The notes under the pieces were generated by a model. The model saw only the letters and a list, made by a program, of their open reading frames with translations. It was not told the origin of the DNA and did no database searches. DNA of 64,000 bases from Desulfatiglandales bacterium (lineage in GTDB: Bacteria; Desulfobacterota; DSM-4660; Desulfatiglandales; Desulfatiglandaceae): the NCBI GenBank assembly GCA_963662465.1, contig OY759599.1, positions 4,416,001 to 4,480,000 on the forward strand, written 5' to 3'. Each line of letters opens with the position of its first letter. The first letter of the stretch is position 1. The translations under genes were made by a program, and so were the position numbers. Shown in pieces: positions 53,018 through 63,872 of the stretch.

Positions 53018-54514
53018 TCATGGACGGCCCCTTTCCTTTTCCAATTGTTCCAGCAATCTGCGGCCTTTTTCCGTGAGCCGGTATTTCTGGAGGCGACTGG
53101 TGGGTTTTTCGGGGATGGTGCGCTCTACCAGTCCGTCTGCAAGGGCTGGGTCGATGTAGGTGTCGCGTAGGCGTCGACGACTTTTAAGGCCGAAGGCGAC
53201 GAGAATGTCGGCGTTGGAGAGGGCGACGCGATCTGCCAGCAAAACAAGAAGTCGAGTGACGTATTCTCCAACTGGTGCCGTGACTGGTGCCGTAACTGGT
53301 GCCAATTTGGTCCCTGCCTCAGGCTTTTTCCTCCTGATCGTCAACACAAAAAACCCTCCGTCAATCCTGATTTCAGGTTCAGGAAGCCTGGCTTTCTGGC
53401 ATCGCCGGAACATATCACGAATACCGGTTCCCATGCGCTCGATGTACTTGGTCAGGTACATGGGCTCGGCAAGAAGCGGATTATAAGGAACGGAGGCATG
53501 GGGGCCTCGCAGTTTTTCAAGGGTCAGGGTCGGCGGCAGCGTGCCGGGATTCCAGACTTCAAGCCGATCCTTAAAGAGCATGACCTGTACGCTGGCATTG
53601 CTGGTGTAGTCGCGATGTACGACGGCATTGACGATGGCTTCCTGCGGAATTTCGTATTTCGTCGGCGCCCGGGTGCTTTCCGCTCTCGTGCCCACCCAGA
53701 GGTCTATCTTGGAGAGCACGAAATCCTTGGCCTGATCCACGAGATCGAAAACCGTGCCTTTGTACACCTGATAAGAGGGAATGGGTTTTGCCACTTCATA
53801 GCCGTGAAAATGGGCGCATTTCACCTCGGAGGTGATCAGAAAACGTTGCGGCTGTTTGCCGAACAACAACATAGCGGCATTGGTCGGCCGTCCTTTGTCG
53901 AGCAGGTTGAGATGCACCAGCACCTCATGCGGCGGCGTATCTCCCGGCAATGGGAAATTGCGACCGAGCCGGGAGAGAACAAGAAAACGGGTGATCTTGT
54001 CTTCGTCAAGGTCGTCGGGCGAAGCGTTTCAGCAGAACGTGGCATCAAACGGACCGAAACGGATCAGTTCACGCTCTTCGAGAATCCGAACGAGACTCGC
54101 ATACACCGCGGCAATAAGCTCCTCGGAGGAATTGATCCGACGTCGGATAAGGCTGCCGGCGGCATCACTTATCAGGGCGCTTATTTTCGGATGCCGAACG
54201 CCGTCATCGGACCCCTTGACGAAGATCAGGCGGGTTTTGCCCTTTTCGGTGGCCCGATTGAACTCACGGTGTGTCGGTGAAAGCCCCTCGGCATCTTCCC
54301 AACCATACTCATTGCCGAAAATACCGAGATAGATATCGCAACGATCCACCTCGTCGAGGTAGCACTGGTCCGCTCGCTGATCGGCCGCCGGCTGATCTTC
54401 GAACCGAAAATATTCGAAAAAGCGCCGCAGCAGCGGATCGCCTGCAAGGTATTCGGCCAGCGCTTTGCGCTCCGTGGCGAATTCTTTTTGAACGCTGCTG
54501 ATGAAGATCTTCAT
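53018..54514 (-). pseudogene. DUF4062 + RecG-like HATPase/HTH accessory gene, disrupted near 54030
   Basis: MKIFISSVQKEF (DUF4062); EAIVNAVVHRDY, NPG.LP, IERMGTGI, KPTSRLQKYRLT. Confidence 0.8.
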
Positions 54515-54760
54515 GCGCCGACTCCAAGTTGCTTGAGGATTTTGTTGAGGGCCTTGTCGGTCTCTTTCGCCTCGGCCTCGATGGCTTTCAGTTCCGTCAC
54601 AATCTCCGCAATCGGCCGGTAGATCTCGGCGTCGCCGGTGTGGATATAGCGGCTGGGGGAGATGTTGTAGTCGTTTTTCGCAAGCTCGGCGTGATCGACG
54701 ATGCGGCTGAGTTTTTCAGTCTCGGTCCACTTGATAAGGGTGTCGGGGATTCTCCGCCAA
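54511..54760 (-). pseudogene. hsdM: Type I methyltransferase M, C-terminal fragment
   Basis: ELAKNDYNISPSRYI...EAKETDKALNKIL. Confidence 0.8.
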
Positions 54761-54767
54761 TACAGGT

Positions 54768-55250
54768 TCACCTAAACCACCGAGCCTCTTTGGATGGGCT
54801 TTCGTTGTAAACCGCAAAGGGAACATCCGTCAGATCAAAGGTGGCGGCATATCCGAAAACGAGAAGCTGGATCACCGACGGTCCGATAATGACAAAACGG
54901 CTTTTGGGATCTTTGAGCAGGACCAGTAATTCCTTGATGACCAGGGCGATTCCCAGGCTGCTGGGATCGCGAAAAGCCTGCAGAAATCCCTTACGTATCA
55001 GGCCGCGCAGGCGCATCAGGGTGCGGCTTGTGGAGGGTACTCGGGTGTCAGGTGCTTGATGGTGATCCGGGGTCATGGGTTATTTTCCGCTCCCCTCGAT
55101 TGAATGACATGCACAAAGGCATCTTCCATGGTCAGCTCGGGGCTGTCATCTGAACGCGCGGGTGCCTTGATTTCCGACGGGGTACCCAGGGCGATAATTT
55201 GACCGGGCACCATGATGGCCAGGCGGTCGCAATACTCGGATTCCTCTTTG
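54768..55250 (-). pseudogene. Collapsed remnant of a ybhF-ybhS-ybhR-type operon
   Basis: EESEYCDRL...TMEDAF (YbhF end), RDPSSLGIA (YbhS start) fused to LKDPKSRFVIIGP...FGYAATFD (YbhR start). Confidence 0.85.
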
Positions 55251-55499
55251 CCGCCTTGAAGTTCCCATGTCACTTGCCAGAAAACCGAACGTCCCCGTCA
55301 GGGACAAGAAAACCAAGAGGCCGACTCATTCACGAACGGATAGCAAAAGGAGCGTTTTTCAATCTTGACAAACAGACCTGTATTCACTAAGGTTTTTTTC
55401 AAGAATAGTGCTTTTTTTTACACGGTTGGCGTCTACCGGCATCTACGGACCTTTTTGCAATTCAGCTGATTCTTATTTTTTAGATGAAAGAGGTGAAAA

Positions 55500-55724
55500 T
55501 TGAAACAAGGAAAATGCCCAAAATGCGGTTCTAATGAGGTTTATTGCGGTTCCGACATCAAGCCCAAAAGCGGGCCCTTCGGGAGCAATTCCATCCCGGT
55601 CAGCTTGACCTCCATTGCGGCGCTGGATAACTACGTGTGTACGCAGTGCGGCTATGTGGAAAGTTACATTTCGGATCCGTCAAAGCTCAAAGAAATGTCC
55701 ATAAAATGGCCCAAAGTGGGTTGA
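55500..55724 (+). CDS. Small zinc-ribbon protein
   Basis: CPKCGS...CTQCGY; AGAGGTG RBS. Confidence 0.7.
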   Translation: MKQGKCPKCGSNEVYCGSDIKPKSGPFGSNSIPVSLTSIAALDNYVCTQCGYVESYISDPSKLKEMSIKWPKVG

Positions 55725-55739
55725 CAATAACAGGGTCGC

Positions 55740-57440
55740 ATGAAACATGAGCAGGATTTCATTGGCATCAATGGCCTGAAGCGTTTCGCCGGCATCACCC
55801 GGGTACTGGTTCGGAACGGTTTCGGCATGTTGGCCGACGCCCTGGTCAAACGTTCAGCAGCAGAAAAGCTTGCCGGAAGACGCCCGTCAATATCCCTTCC
55901 TTCACCCCATCGATTGCGCCGTCTGCTGACGGAACTGGGCCCCAGTTTCATCAAACTCGGGCAGCTCATGAGTGTTCGGGCGGATCTCTTTCCTCCGGAA
56001 TACATCGAGGAACTGACAAAGCTTCAGGACCAGGTTCCGCCACAGCCTTTCAAAAGCATCAAACCTTTTATTGAAAAGCAGCTGGGACAACCCCTCGCCC
56101 GAGCATTCAAGCGGTTCGATGAGAATGCCATCGCTTCCGCCTCCATCGCTCAGGTTTACAAAGCCGAACTCAATACCGGCGAGCAGGTGGCCGTTAAGGT
56201 GGTACGCCCAGGCATTCTAAAGCAGATTCGCAGTGATATACGAGTGATGTATTACACGGCCCGCAAGTTTGAAAAGATGTTTGAACTGGCCCGGGTCATC
56301 GGTGCAAGGAATGTGGTGGAAGAGTTCGAAAGATCGATTTTCAACGAGTTGGACATGCACATCGAGGCCGGCAGCATCGAAAAATTCTCTCGTTATTACA
56401 GACATATTGAGGACATCTGCATCCCGAAAGTCTATTGGGAACTGACCGCTAAATCCGTTCTGGTGATGTCGTTTATTCCAGGCGTCAAAGTGAATCAGGT
56501 GCCGGCCATCAGGGAAATGGGCATCGATCCAAAAGGGATTGCCATGATCGGCCTGCGCAGCCTCTCCCGGCAACTGATGGAATTTGGATTCGTGCACGCC
56601 GATCCCCACCCGGGCAACACCATCGTCATGCCCGACGGGCGCGTCGGACTTGTGGATTTCGGCATTACCGCTCACCTGGACGAGGAGTTGATGCTCCAGA
56701 TCGCCCGTTTGTTTCTGGGGTATGCCGAGCATGATTACAACCTGGTTATGGATTCGCTTTTGGATACGGGCATCATTGATGAGGGAATTGACCTGCGAGC
56801 CTTTCGCGATGACCTCAAGGAGATGAGTGAACCGTTTTATGGAAGAACGCTTCAGACCATCTCCGTGGTGGATGTTTACGACCAGGTCATCCGGTTGCTT
56901 TTTAAGTACCATATCCGGCTGCCCCGAAACCTGCTCCTGCTGCTCAAAACCTTTATTCAAACCGAATCGCTGGGTAAGATTCTGGGCAGTGACGCCAGCA
57001 TCCTGGAGGTGATCCGGCCCTACGCCAGGACCATGCTGGCGCGTGGATACGATTCGAAAAAAGTTTTGCGGGCCATGGGAAGGGATGCCTGGGCCTCCGG
57101 ACGAATTTTGAGGCTTGCCCCCAAGCTCTTTTATGACATCCTGAGACAGACCGCCTCGGGGAAACAACGACTCGAGCTTCGACACAGCGGATTCGACGAC
57201 ATGGGCAGTCGTCTGGAAAAAGGGCTCAATCGACTGATTTTAGGCATCGTCCTTGCCGCCTCCATCATTGCCGGCGCTCTGGTACTCGACGCATCCGAAA
57301 AACTGTTCGTTTTCACCATAAACATTCTGGGGAACCACGCCGTCTCCCTGACATCCCTTTTGGGGCTTCTGGGGTATACCATCGCCACGGTTTTGGGTAT
57401 CTGGCTCATCATTTCCATCTTCCGATCCGGCAAGATGTGA
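55740..57440 (+). CDS. ubiB: ABC1/AarF/UbiB-family kinase-like protein
   Basis: LGPSFIKLGQ, ASASIAQVY, VAVKV, HADPHPGN, VDFG. Confidence 0.9.
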   Translation: MKHEQDFIGINGLKRFAGITRVLVRNGFGMLADALVKRSAAEKLAGRRPSISLPSPHRLRRLLTELGPSFIKLGQLMSVRADLFPPEYIEELTKLQDQVPPQPFKSIKPFIEKQLGQPLARAFKRFDENAIASASIAQVYKAELNTGEQVAVKVVRPGILKQIRSDIRVMYYTARKFEKMFELARVIGARNVVEEFERSIFNELDMHIEAGSIEKFSRYYRHIEDICIPKVYWELTAKSVLVMSFIPGVKVNQVPAIREMGIDPKGIAMIGLRSLSRQLMEFGFVHADPHPGNTIVMPDGRVGLVDFGITAHLDEELMLQIARLFLGYAEHDYNLVMDSLLDTGIIDEGIDLRAFRDDLKEMSEPFYGRTLQTISVVDVYDQVIRLLFKYHIRLPRNLLLLLKTFIQTESLGKILGSDASILEVIRPYARTMLARGYDSKKVLRAMGRDAWASGRILRLAPKLFYDILRQTASGKQRLELRHSGFDDMGSRLEKGLNRLILGIVLAASIIAGALVLDASEKLFVFTINILGNHAVSLTSLLGLLGYTIATVLGIWLIISIFRSGKM

Positions 57441-57467
57441 GTACACTATCCGGCGAGACGGCGTCTC

Positions 57468-58175
57468 TTAACGGGCTGAGCCCCGTTTCTTGAAATGTGA
57501 CAAATAATTCACGCTTGTATCTGAAGTCAGAAAGCATCCATGGGTGAAAGGGTTGTACCCAAATCCGGTCAAATGCCGTAACTCCAAGCCAAATTCTTCC
57601 GCCCATGCCGACAACTCCAGGGGCCTGATAAACCTGGAATGGCGGTGGGACCCAACGGGCAGAAGGCGAAAGATATATTCCGCACCGATGATGACAAAGA
57701 GGAAAGACCTGATATTTCGATTGATGGTGGCAAAGACAAGATCTCCATCCGGCTTCGCGAGTCGGGAACAGGACCGGACCACGGATCGAGGATCAGGGAC
57801 GTGTTCCAGCAGCTCCATACAGGTCACCAGATCGTAACATCCTGTTGCCGATGATGTCAGCGCCTCCACCGTTTTTTGTTGGTAATCGATCTTCAATCCG
57901 GCCATATGGGCGTGATGGCGGGCCGCGTTCAAGGCCTCGGCCCCCAGATCGATCCCCGTGACATCAGCGCCATCAACGGCCATGGCCTCGCTGAGGATTC
58001 CGCCGCCACACCCCACATCCAGCACCTTCGCGCCTTTCAGAGTGGTCCGCTCGTGAATATACCTCAACCGCAAGGGGTTAATCCGGTGAAGCGATTTTAA
58101 AACCCCTGACGGGTTCCACCAGCGGGATGCCAGGCGATCAAATTTAGCGACTTCGGTCTCATCCACATTGCCCAT
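57468..58175 (-). CDS. ubiG: Ubiquinone-biosynthesis-type O-methyltransferase
   Basis: NVDETEVAKF..LASRWW, LHRINPLR, LDVGCGGGILSE, CMELLEHVPDP. Confidence 0.92.
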   Translation of the reverse strand: MGNVDETEVAKFDRLASRWWNPSGVLKSLHRINPLRLRYIHERTTLKGAKVLDVGCGGGILSEAMAVDGADVTGIDLGAEALNAARHHAHMAGLKIDYQQKTVEALTSSATGCYDLVTCMELLEHVPDPRSVVRSCSRLAKPDGDLVFATINRNIRSFLFVIIGAEYIFRLLPVGSHRHSRFIRPLELSAWAEEFGLELRHLTGFGYNPFTHGCFLTSDTSVNYLSHFKKRGSAR

Positions 58176-58187
58176 AACGGTTTACCC

Positions 58188-58994
58188 CTATTTTACCGCC
58201 CTGTGAGCCACGGCAATGCCATTGGTCATTCTCCGGTAGTGAACATTTGACAGCCCCACTTCCCTGAAAATGCTTGACAGCTCGTGGGGTAGCAAAAACA
58301 ACCGGATGGTTTCCGGCAAGCAGCTGTAGGCCTTTTTGTTTCCCGCGATGGCATTTCCCAGCGCCGGCATGATGTAAAAAGAGTAGAAGTCGTAGAGCCG
58401 TCTGAACCAGGGCCGGACGGGCCTTGAAAATTCAAGGCAGAGAAACAGGCCTCCGGGCCTTAGAACGCGAACCATCTCTTCAAAAGCCTGTTTCATGTGG
58501 GTAATGTTTCGTACCGCAAATCCGATCATGACCACATCAAAGGTATTGTCTTGAAACGCTATTTTTTCAGCGTCGCCCTGAACATAGAGGATGCTTCGGC
58601 GGGCCGCTGCGTTGGTCCGTTTTTGCCGACCGGCAGCAATCATAGCCCTGTTGATATCATACAAAACGACCCGGCCCGTCTGTCCCACCACCCGGCGTGA
58701 CAGAACGGAAAGATCCCCCGTGCCCCCGCTTACATCCAGCACCCGATCTCCGGGCTTCAAATCCAGCATTGCAATGGCCCGGTGTTTCCACAGATAATGG
58801 GCGCCGAAACTGAGCAGGGTATTCATCAGGTCATATTTTCCGGCCACTGCGTCGAAATGACGGCGGACCCGGTCAGCTTTCTCCGCCTCGCTCAATTCTT
58901 CTGAACCGAAGCGGGCGCGGTTTTCTTTTCTAATCGATTCGTCCAGTTGTTTCAGGCGTTCATTTCGCTCCTCCCAGTCATGACGCAATCCCAT
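58188..58994 (-). CDS. ubiE: Ubiquinone/menaquinone C-methyltransferase
   Basis: FDAVAGKYDLMNTLLSFG.H..WK, GTGD, CLEFS. Confidence 0.9.
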   Translation of the reverse strand: MGLRHDWEERNERLKQLDESIRKENRARFGSEELSEAEKADRVRRHFDAVAGKYDLMNTLLSFGAHYLWKHRAIAMLDLKPGDRVLDVSGGTGDLSVLSRRVVGQTGRVVLYDINRAMIAAGRQKRTNAAARRSILYVQGDAEKIAFQDNTFDVVMIGFAVRNITHMKQAFEEMVRVLRPGGLFLCLEFSRPVRPWFRRLYDFYSFYIMPALGNAIAGNKKAYSCLPETIRLFLLPHELSSIFREVGLSNVHYRRMTNGIAVAHRAVK

Positions 58995-59340
58995 ATTCCC
59001 CCCATCTTCCAGCTTTCATTTCTTTTCGAAAATAAATCGCCCTATTCGAAATAACCAGGAATTTCTTTCACCGGCAACCAGGGTTTTATCACTTTATTAC
59101 TCTATTTGCCAGCCATTAAGGTTAGACTTAGAAGGGCGGGTCGAGGAACAACCAAACCAACAGACAGCATCTATATCCCAGGACCGGAGCGCATTACACC
59201 CTTTGCGGATATCACAAGCCACATACTTTTTTGTAATCATCAAAATACATGATGCACCCTACTTCAATCGCAAAAACGCTTCTCTATATTGGGACCGAGT
59301 AAGATAGGGCAAAATGAAATTGGAAGCCGGGAGGATCGGC

Positions 59341-59556
59341 ATGGCCGCACACGGTGTCATTTCGAGTTTTTCACCATGGGAGGCCGGCATATTGAGTCTG
59401 GCACTTTATACCGCCATGGTTCTGGCGTTGGTCGGAGTGCTTTTATTTCTCTGTGGCCGGCTGGGGGAACGAAAAACAGCCGCTGAAAAAGCAACCCCTT
59501 ACGAATGCGGTATCATTCCCACCGGCAACGCGCGGTTCCGCTATAGTCGATCGTAA
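59341..59556 (+). pseudogene. nuoA: NADH dehydrogenase subunit A fragment
   Basis: TM1 plus EKATPYECGIIPTGNARFRY, then truncated. Confidence 0.8.
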
Positions 59557-59592
59557 AAAAACAGAGCCTTATCACCTCGCCAAAAAAAGCTT

Positions 59593-60229
59593 ATGCAATT
59601 AGACGCTTCATTGTCCCCTTTGATCATTACCTTTCTACTTTCGTCATTTTATGGCGTTATAAGACAGCTTACCCATAAGCCAATCGGTTTCGGAACATTT
59701 ACCTTCGTTTCCACCGGCTCATGTGCTCTGGCGATTATCTCGATTCGTATAAGCCCTTCAAATCCATTACCCCTATTGGGAGCAATTGTTACCGGTATCG
59801 GTTTTTTAGGAGCCGGCGCACTTATAAAGACAAGTGAAAAAGTGGCGGGTTTTACTTCAGCTGCTCTTATATGGATTTTTGCCGTCTTTGGTCTGGTGAT
59901 GGGTACGGGTGAATATATAACCGCGGGCATTACGTATGCTATTATCATTTGGATCGTAACAGGCAGGGTACGACCGCAATCTTGAAAAGCGGGGTATAGG
60001 ATCGTATCATCGCAAGATTACCATCATTACGAATAAAATCATTCCCGAACAGGAAATTCGGGACACTTTATTCGGTAACCGCAGACATGCTCTTGTGGAC
60101 CTTCATGGCGATAAAGAACATGACAGCCTTACTGTTACGTATTCGATAGAGGGCTCACAAGTCCATATTGATGAAATGTCAAGAATCTTAGAGCAATGGG
60201 AGTGGTGTGCGTCTTATTCAATCGAGTAA
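59593..60229 (+). pseudogene. MgtC/SapB-family protein, frameshifted near 59960-59985
   Basis: KPIGFGTF, IVTGIGFLGAGALI, GFTSAALIW; an ACT-like tail follows in another frame. Confidence 0.75.
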
Positions 60230-60399
60230 CTGATCTTATAATCCTATCTTGATGCGGTGAAATGTCAAATATCATTGGTTAACTTTTTGAGATCAGAGCC
60301 CATCCATGAAGAATCGAGATAAGGAATATAAACCCCATCTGTTCGGCAAGGTGTTGCGAAGGCTCATCGGTGCGCCCCGGGTGGAAGACCTGGCGGACG

Positions 60400-61475
60400 C
60401 CCGGTTTTCGCAGAAAATTTCCCAGCTGCCGGGGGTGGGACTGGTCAGTATCAGCGGCGGCCGGCGGCCGGCGGCCGGCGGTTCGGATTCAGGCCAACCC
60501 CACCACCCTGGCCGCCTACGGCCTGACCCTTGAAGACCTTCGTACAGCCATTGTCACTGCCAATGTGAATCAGGCAAAGGGAGGGTTCGACGGTCCGCGC
60601 CGGTCCTTCGTTATCGGGGCCAACGACCAACTCCTTTCCAGCAGGGACTACCGGCCCGTCATTATCGCCTACCGAGAAGGCGCTCCGGTGCGTATCTCCG
60701 ATGTGGCGGATGTCATCGATGATACGAAAAACGTAAACCAGGCGGCATGGATGAACGAAACCCCGGCGGTTATCGTCAACGTCCAGCGTCAACCCGGCGC
60801 CAACGTCATCCAGGTGGCGGTGGAAAGCCTGTCCAGTTTCATCGGAGTGGACGGCACCAACACAACCCTTAACAGCGGCAGGATCTTGATCAATCTGAAA
60901 CCCCGGGAGAATCGGAATGCAAGCGCTGGAGAAGTTATCGAAAGACTCCAGCGGGAACTGGCCAAAGTTTCGGGAATTTCCCTGTTCATGCAGCCGGTGC
61001 AAGACCTGACCGTCGACGCCAAGGTCAGCCGTACCCGGTTCCAGTACACACTGGAAGACCCCGACTTCGACGAGCTGAACAGATGGGCGCCCCGGCTGGT
61101 TGATTCACTGCGCGCGCTCCGAGTTGCGCGACATAGGCAGCGACCAGCTTGACAAGGGATTGAGAGTGTCGCTCCACATCGACCGCGGGACCGCCTCCCG
61201 TCTGGGAATTACCCCGCGGATGATCGACGACACACTGTACGACGCATACGGGCAGCGGCAGGTCTCCATTATCTACACCCTTCTAAACCAGTACCATGTG
61301 GTAATGGAGGTGGCGCCCCCCTTCCAGCAGCGCCCTGAAACGCTGCATGACATCTACGTCCCCGCTTCAAACGGAGCGCCGGCGCCGCTGAGCGCCTTCA
61401 CCCATTACGAGACGACCGCCACCCCGCTGGCCGTAAACCACCAGAGACAGTTTCCGTCCGTGACGATTTCAGGCT
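60400..61475 (+). pseudogene. MdtB/MdtC-type RND transporter fragments with internal deletions
   Basis: [35 protein letters not shown] fused to VESLSSFIGVDG, DTLYDAYGQRQVS. Confidence 0.85.
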
Positions 61476-61479
61476 ATCG

Positions 61480-62157
61480 GTGGAGGCTGGAATTCCGCAT
61501 TGGGTGGCAGTAGCGGTTATGGGAATATCGGTCGCGGGTTGCATGTCGCCCCAGGGAGTGCCGGATTACACGGCCTCCGGAGCTTTGGCCGGCGGGGCCA
61601 CGGGCGCCATCGTCGGGAGCTTGACCCGGAACCCGGCAGCCGGTGCACTCGTCGGCGGGGCCGCGGGCGCGCTGGTCGGAGGTCTCATCGGACACGGCAT
61701 GGAGCAGGCCCAGGAAGCACAGTTGAAGGCGCAGGCTCCCCAAACTCTGCAACGGGTGGAACAGGGGCAACCATTGACGGTGGCGGATGTCCAATCGCTG
61801 GCGAAGGCCGGGATCAGCGACGACCTTATCCTTAGTCAAATTCGCAACTCCCGAACAGTCTATCACCTCGCCACAGCGGACATTATCGCATTGAAGAATG
61901 CGGGAGTCAGTGAAAAGGTCATCGACTTCATGATCAATACGCCCACCCAGATTACCTCCGCCGAAGTGGGGGGCGTGGTAGGGACCTCGCCGCCGTCGCC
62001 GCCCGAACAGATAATCGTTGCTCCGGGTCCGGGCTATTTCTGGGTGGGGAATGCGTGGGGGTGGTTCGGGGGCCGCTGGGTATGGCGCCCCGGCTATTGG
62101 CACAGGCCGATGCATCCCTATGGGTACTATGGGTACAGGCGCCCCTACTGGCGGTAG
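61480..62157 (+). CDS. Glycine-zipper lipoprotein with YXWGXW-like C-terminus
   Basis: SVAGC lipobox, GALAGGATGAIVG, PGPGYFWVG...WVWRPGYW. The start is uncertain. Confidence 0.75.
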   Translation: MEAGIPHWVAVAVMGISVAGCMSPQGVPDYTASGALAGGATGAIVGSLTRNPAAGALVGGAAGALVGGLIGHGMEQAQEAQLKAQAPQTLQRVEQGQPLTVADVQSLAKAGISDDLILSQIRNSRTVYHLATADIIALKNAGVSEKVIDFMINTPTQITSAEVGGVVGTSPPSPPEQIIVAPGPGYFWVGNAWGWFGGRWVWRPGYWHRPMHPYGYYGYRRPYWR

Positions 62158-62280
62158 GCGGTTTAACAGGGCCGTGGAAGCCATGCAATTTTCTTAAGCT
62201 GAGCTTATGGATTTTAAATCCGCACGGCAATACATTGCGCTTCATCACGGATTAAGCCAATTAAAAGGAGAAGGCCTATT

Positions 62281-62962
62281 ATGGAACCCCATTCCGTGCG
62301 ATCCAAGAAGGCTCCCGAATCGAAGCCCAATGCGAACGATGACCTGAAATCCATTCCCATGCCGGAACTGCAAACCAAGTTGGGGTCGTCGCCGGACGGC
62401 CTCAGTCAAGCCGCGGCGGAAAAACGGCTGGCCCAATATGGACCGAACGAGATTGAAGAGCGGAAAACCAGGACGCCATCAATCTCGCCGTGCTGGGGGA
62501 GCTGAAAAATGATCAGGCATTGGAAGGCTACCAGATGGTTCATTTTCAGCCCTTCGATCCGGTGCATAAGCGCACCGAAGTCAGCGTCAAGGGCACGGAC
62601 GGAAAGGCGTTCAAGGCAACCAAGGGCGCGCCGCAGGTGATCCTGGAGCTGTCGGCCAAATGCAGAAGAGGTCAAACCCGCCATCGAGAAGGCTGTCAAC
62701 GAATTTGCTGCACGCGGCTTCCGCTCGCTGGGCGTAGCGCGGACCGAGGGAGAAGGCCCATGGCGGTTTATCGGCGTGCTGCCGCTTTTCGATCCGCCCC
62801 GGGAACAAATCAAAGCGACCATCGCGACTGCCCGACAGATGATTGAATAAAAACCTGTCGATGTAACACCGCAGATCGTCCAACGAGCCTATGAAATTTA
62901 CGAGCAACAAGGCCGCCAAGACGGCAAAGCAGTTCAGGACTGGAAGAAGTCGGAGAGAAAAA
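62281..62962 (+). pseudogene. Second P3A H+-ATPase collapsed into fragments, with a DUF2934-like tail
   Basis: GLSQ..AEKRLAQYGPNEI joined to QDAI..., FQPFDPVHKRTE, KGAPQV, LPLFDPPRE, then RAYEIYEQQGRQDGKAVQDW. Confidence 0.82.
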
Positions 62963-62966
62963 CCCC

Positions 62967-63695
62967 ATGGACGTTCATAAACCGGGCCATGACGCCCATT
63001 GCCAGATCTGCGGCGGGAAGGCCTCTGACCTGGAGCTTTTACCCGCCGTTCTTGTAAGGCCCGTTATTGCAGGCTTAATTGTCAAAACCAATCCGAAGTG
63101 GTCGTTTGACGGATATATCTGCGTCGATGATCTGAACAGGTTCAGGTACGATTACATCCGTTCCGTTCTCGAAATAGAAAAAGGCGAACTGTCGGACCTG
63201 GACAGGGAGGTGCTCGAAAGCCTCCAAAAGCATGAAATCCTTTCCTCCAATACCGAACAGGATTACGAGTCTGTACTGACTTTCGGAGAAAAACTCTCGG
63301 ACAGGATAGCCGCATTTGGGGGCAGTTGGAGATTCATCATCATATTTGCCTGCATTCTGTTTGTATGGTTGCTGATCAATTCAATCGTCTTGCTGTTCAA
63401 ACCGTTTGACCCGTATCCTTACATCTTGTTAAATCTGGTTCTGTCCTGCCTGGCTGCTATTCAGGCTCCCGTCATTATGATGAGTCAGAACCGGCAGGAG
63501 TCAAAGGACCGTCTTCGCGCATCCCATGACTATCAAATCAACCTCAAGGCGGAACTTGAAATCCGGAATCTGCACCAGAAGATCGACCACCTTCTGTCCC
63601 GCCAGTGGGAACGTCTCGTGGAAATCCAGGGAATACAACTTGAAGTCTTGGAAGAGATACGCACCAAATCCTCGCAAACGGGCTCTTTCAAATAG
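62967..63695 (+). CDS. DUF1003 membrane protein
   Basis: FGGSWRFI, FDPYPYILLNLVLS, QAPVIMMSQNRQ. Confidence 0.9.
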   Translation: MDVHKPGHDAHCQICGGKASDLELLPAVLVRPVIAGLIVKTNPKWSFDGYICVDDLNRFRYDYIRSVLEIEKGELSDLDREVLESLQKHEILSSNTEQDYESVLTFGEKLSDRIAAFGGSWRFIIIFACILFVWLLINSIVLLFKPFDPYPYILLNLVLSCLAAIQAPVIMMSQNRQESKDRLRASHDYQINLKAELEIRNLHQKIDHLLSRQWERLVEIQGIQLEVLEEIRTKSSQTGSFK

Positions 63696-63872
63696 ATGGC
63701 GTCATGACCCAATTTGGAAACCATGCAGCTTTTTTATACCGCATATCAAAGAGAGTTCGACAATGAGTAATATCCTCAAAATCGGACGTATTTCGGTTAT
63801 GATATTTATCAGATCCATTTTTTTATTGTCACTGCGATCTATTAAACAAATTAACTTGGTAAGTTGGAACTC

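Noticed and set aside
53270..53302. 12-bp tandem repeat
   Set aside because: It encodes a low-complexity APVT linker inside the RecG-like gene.
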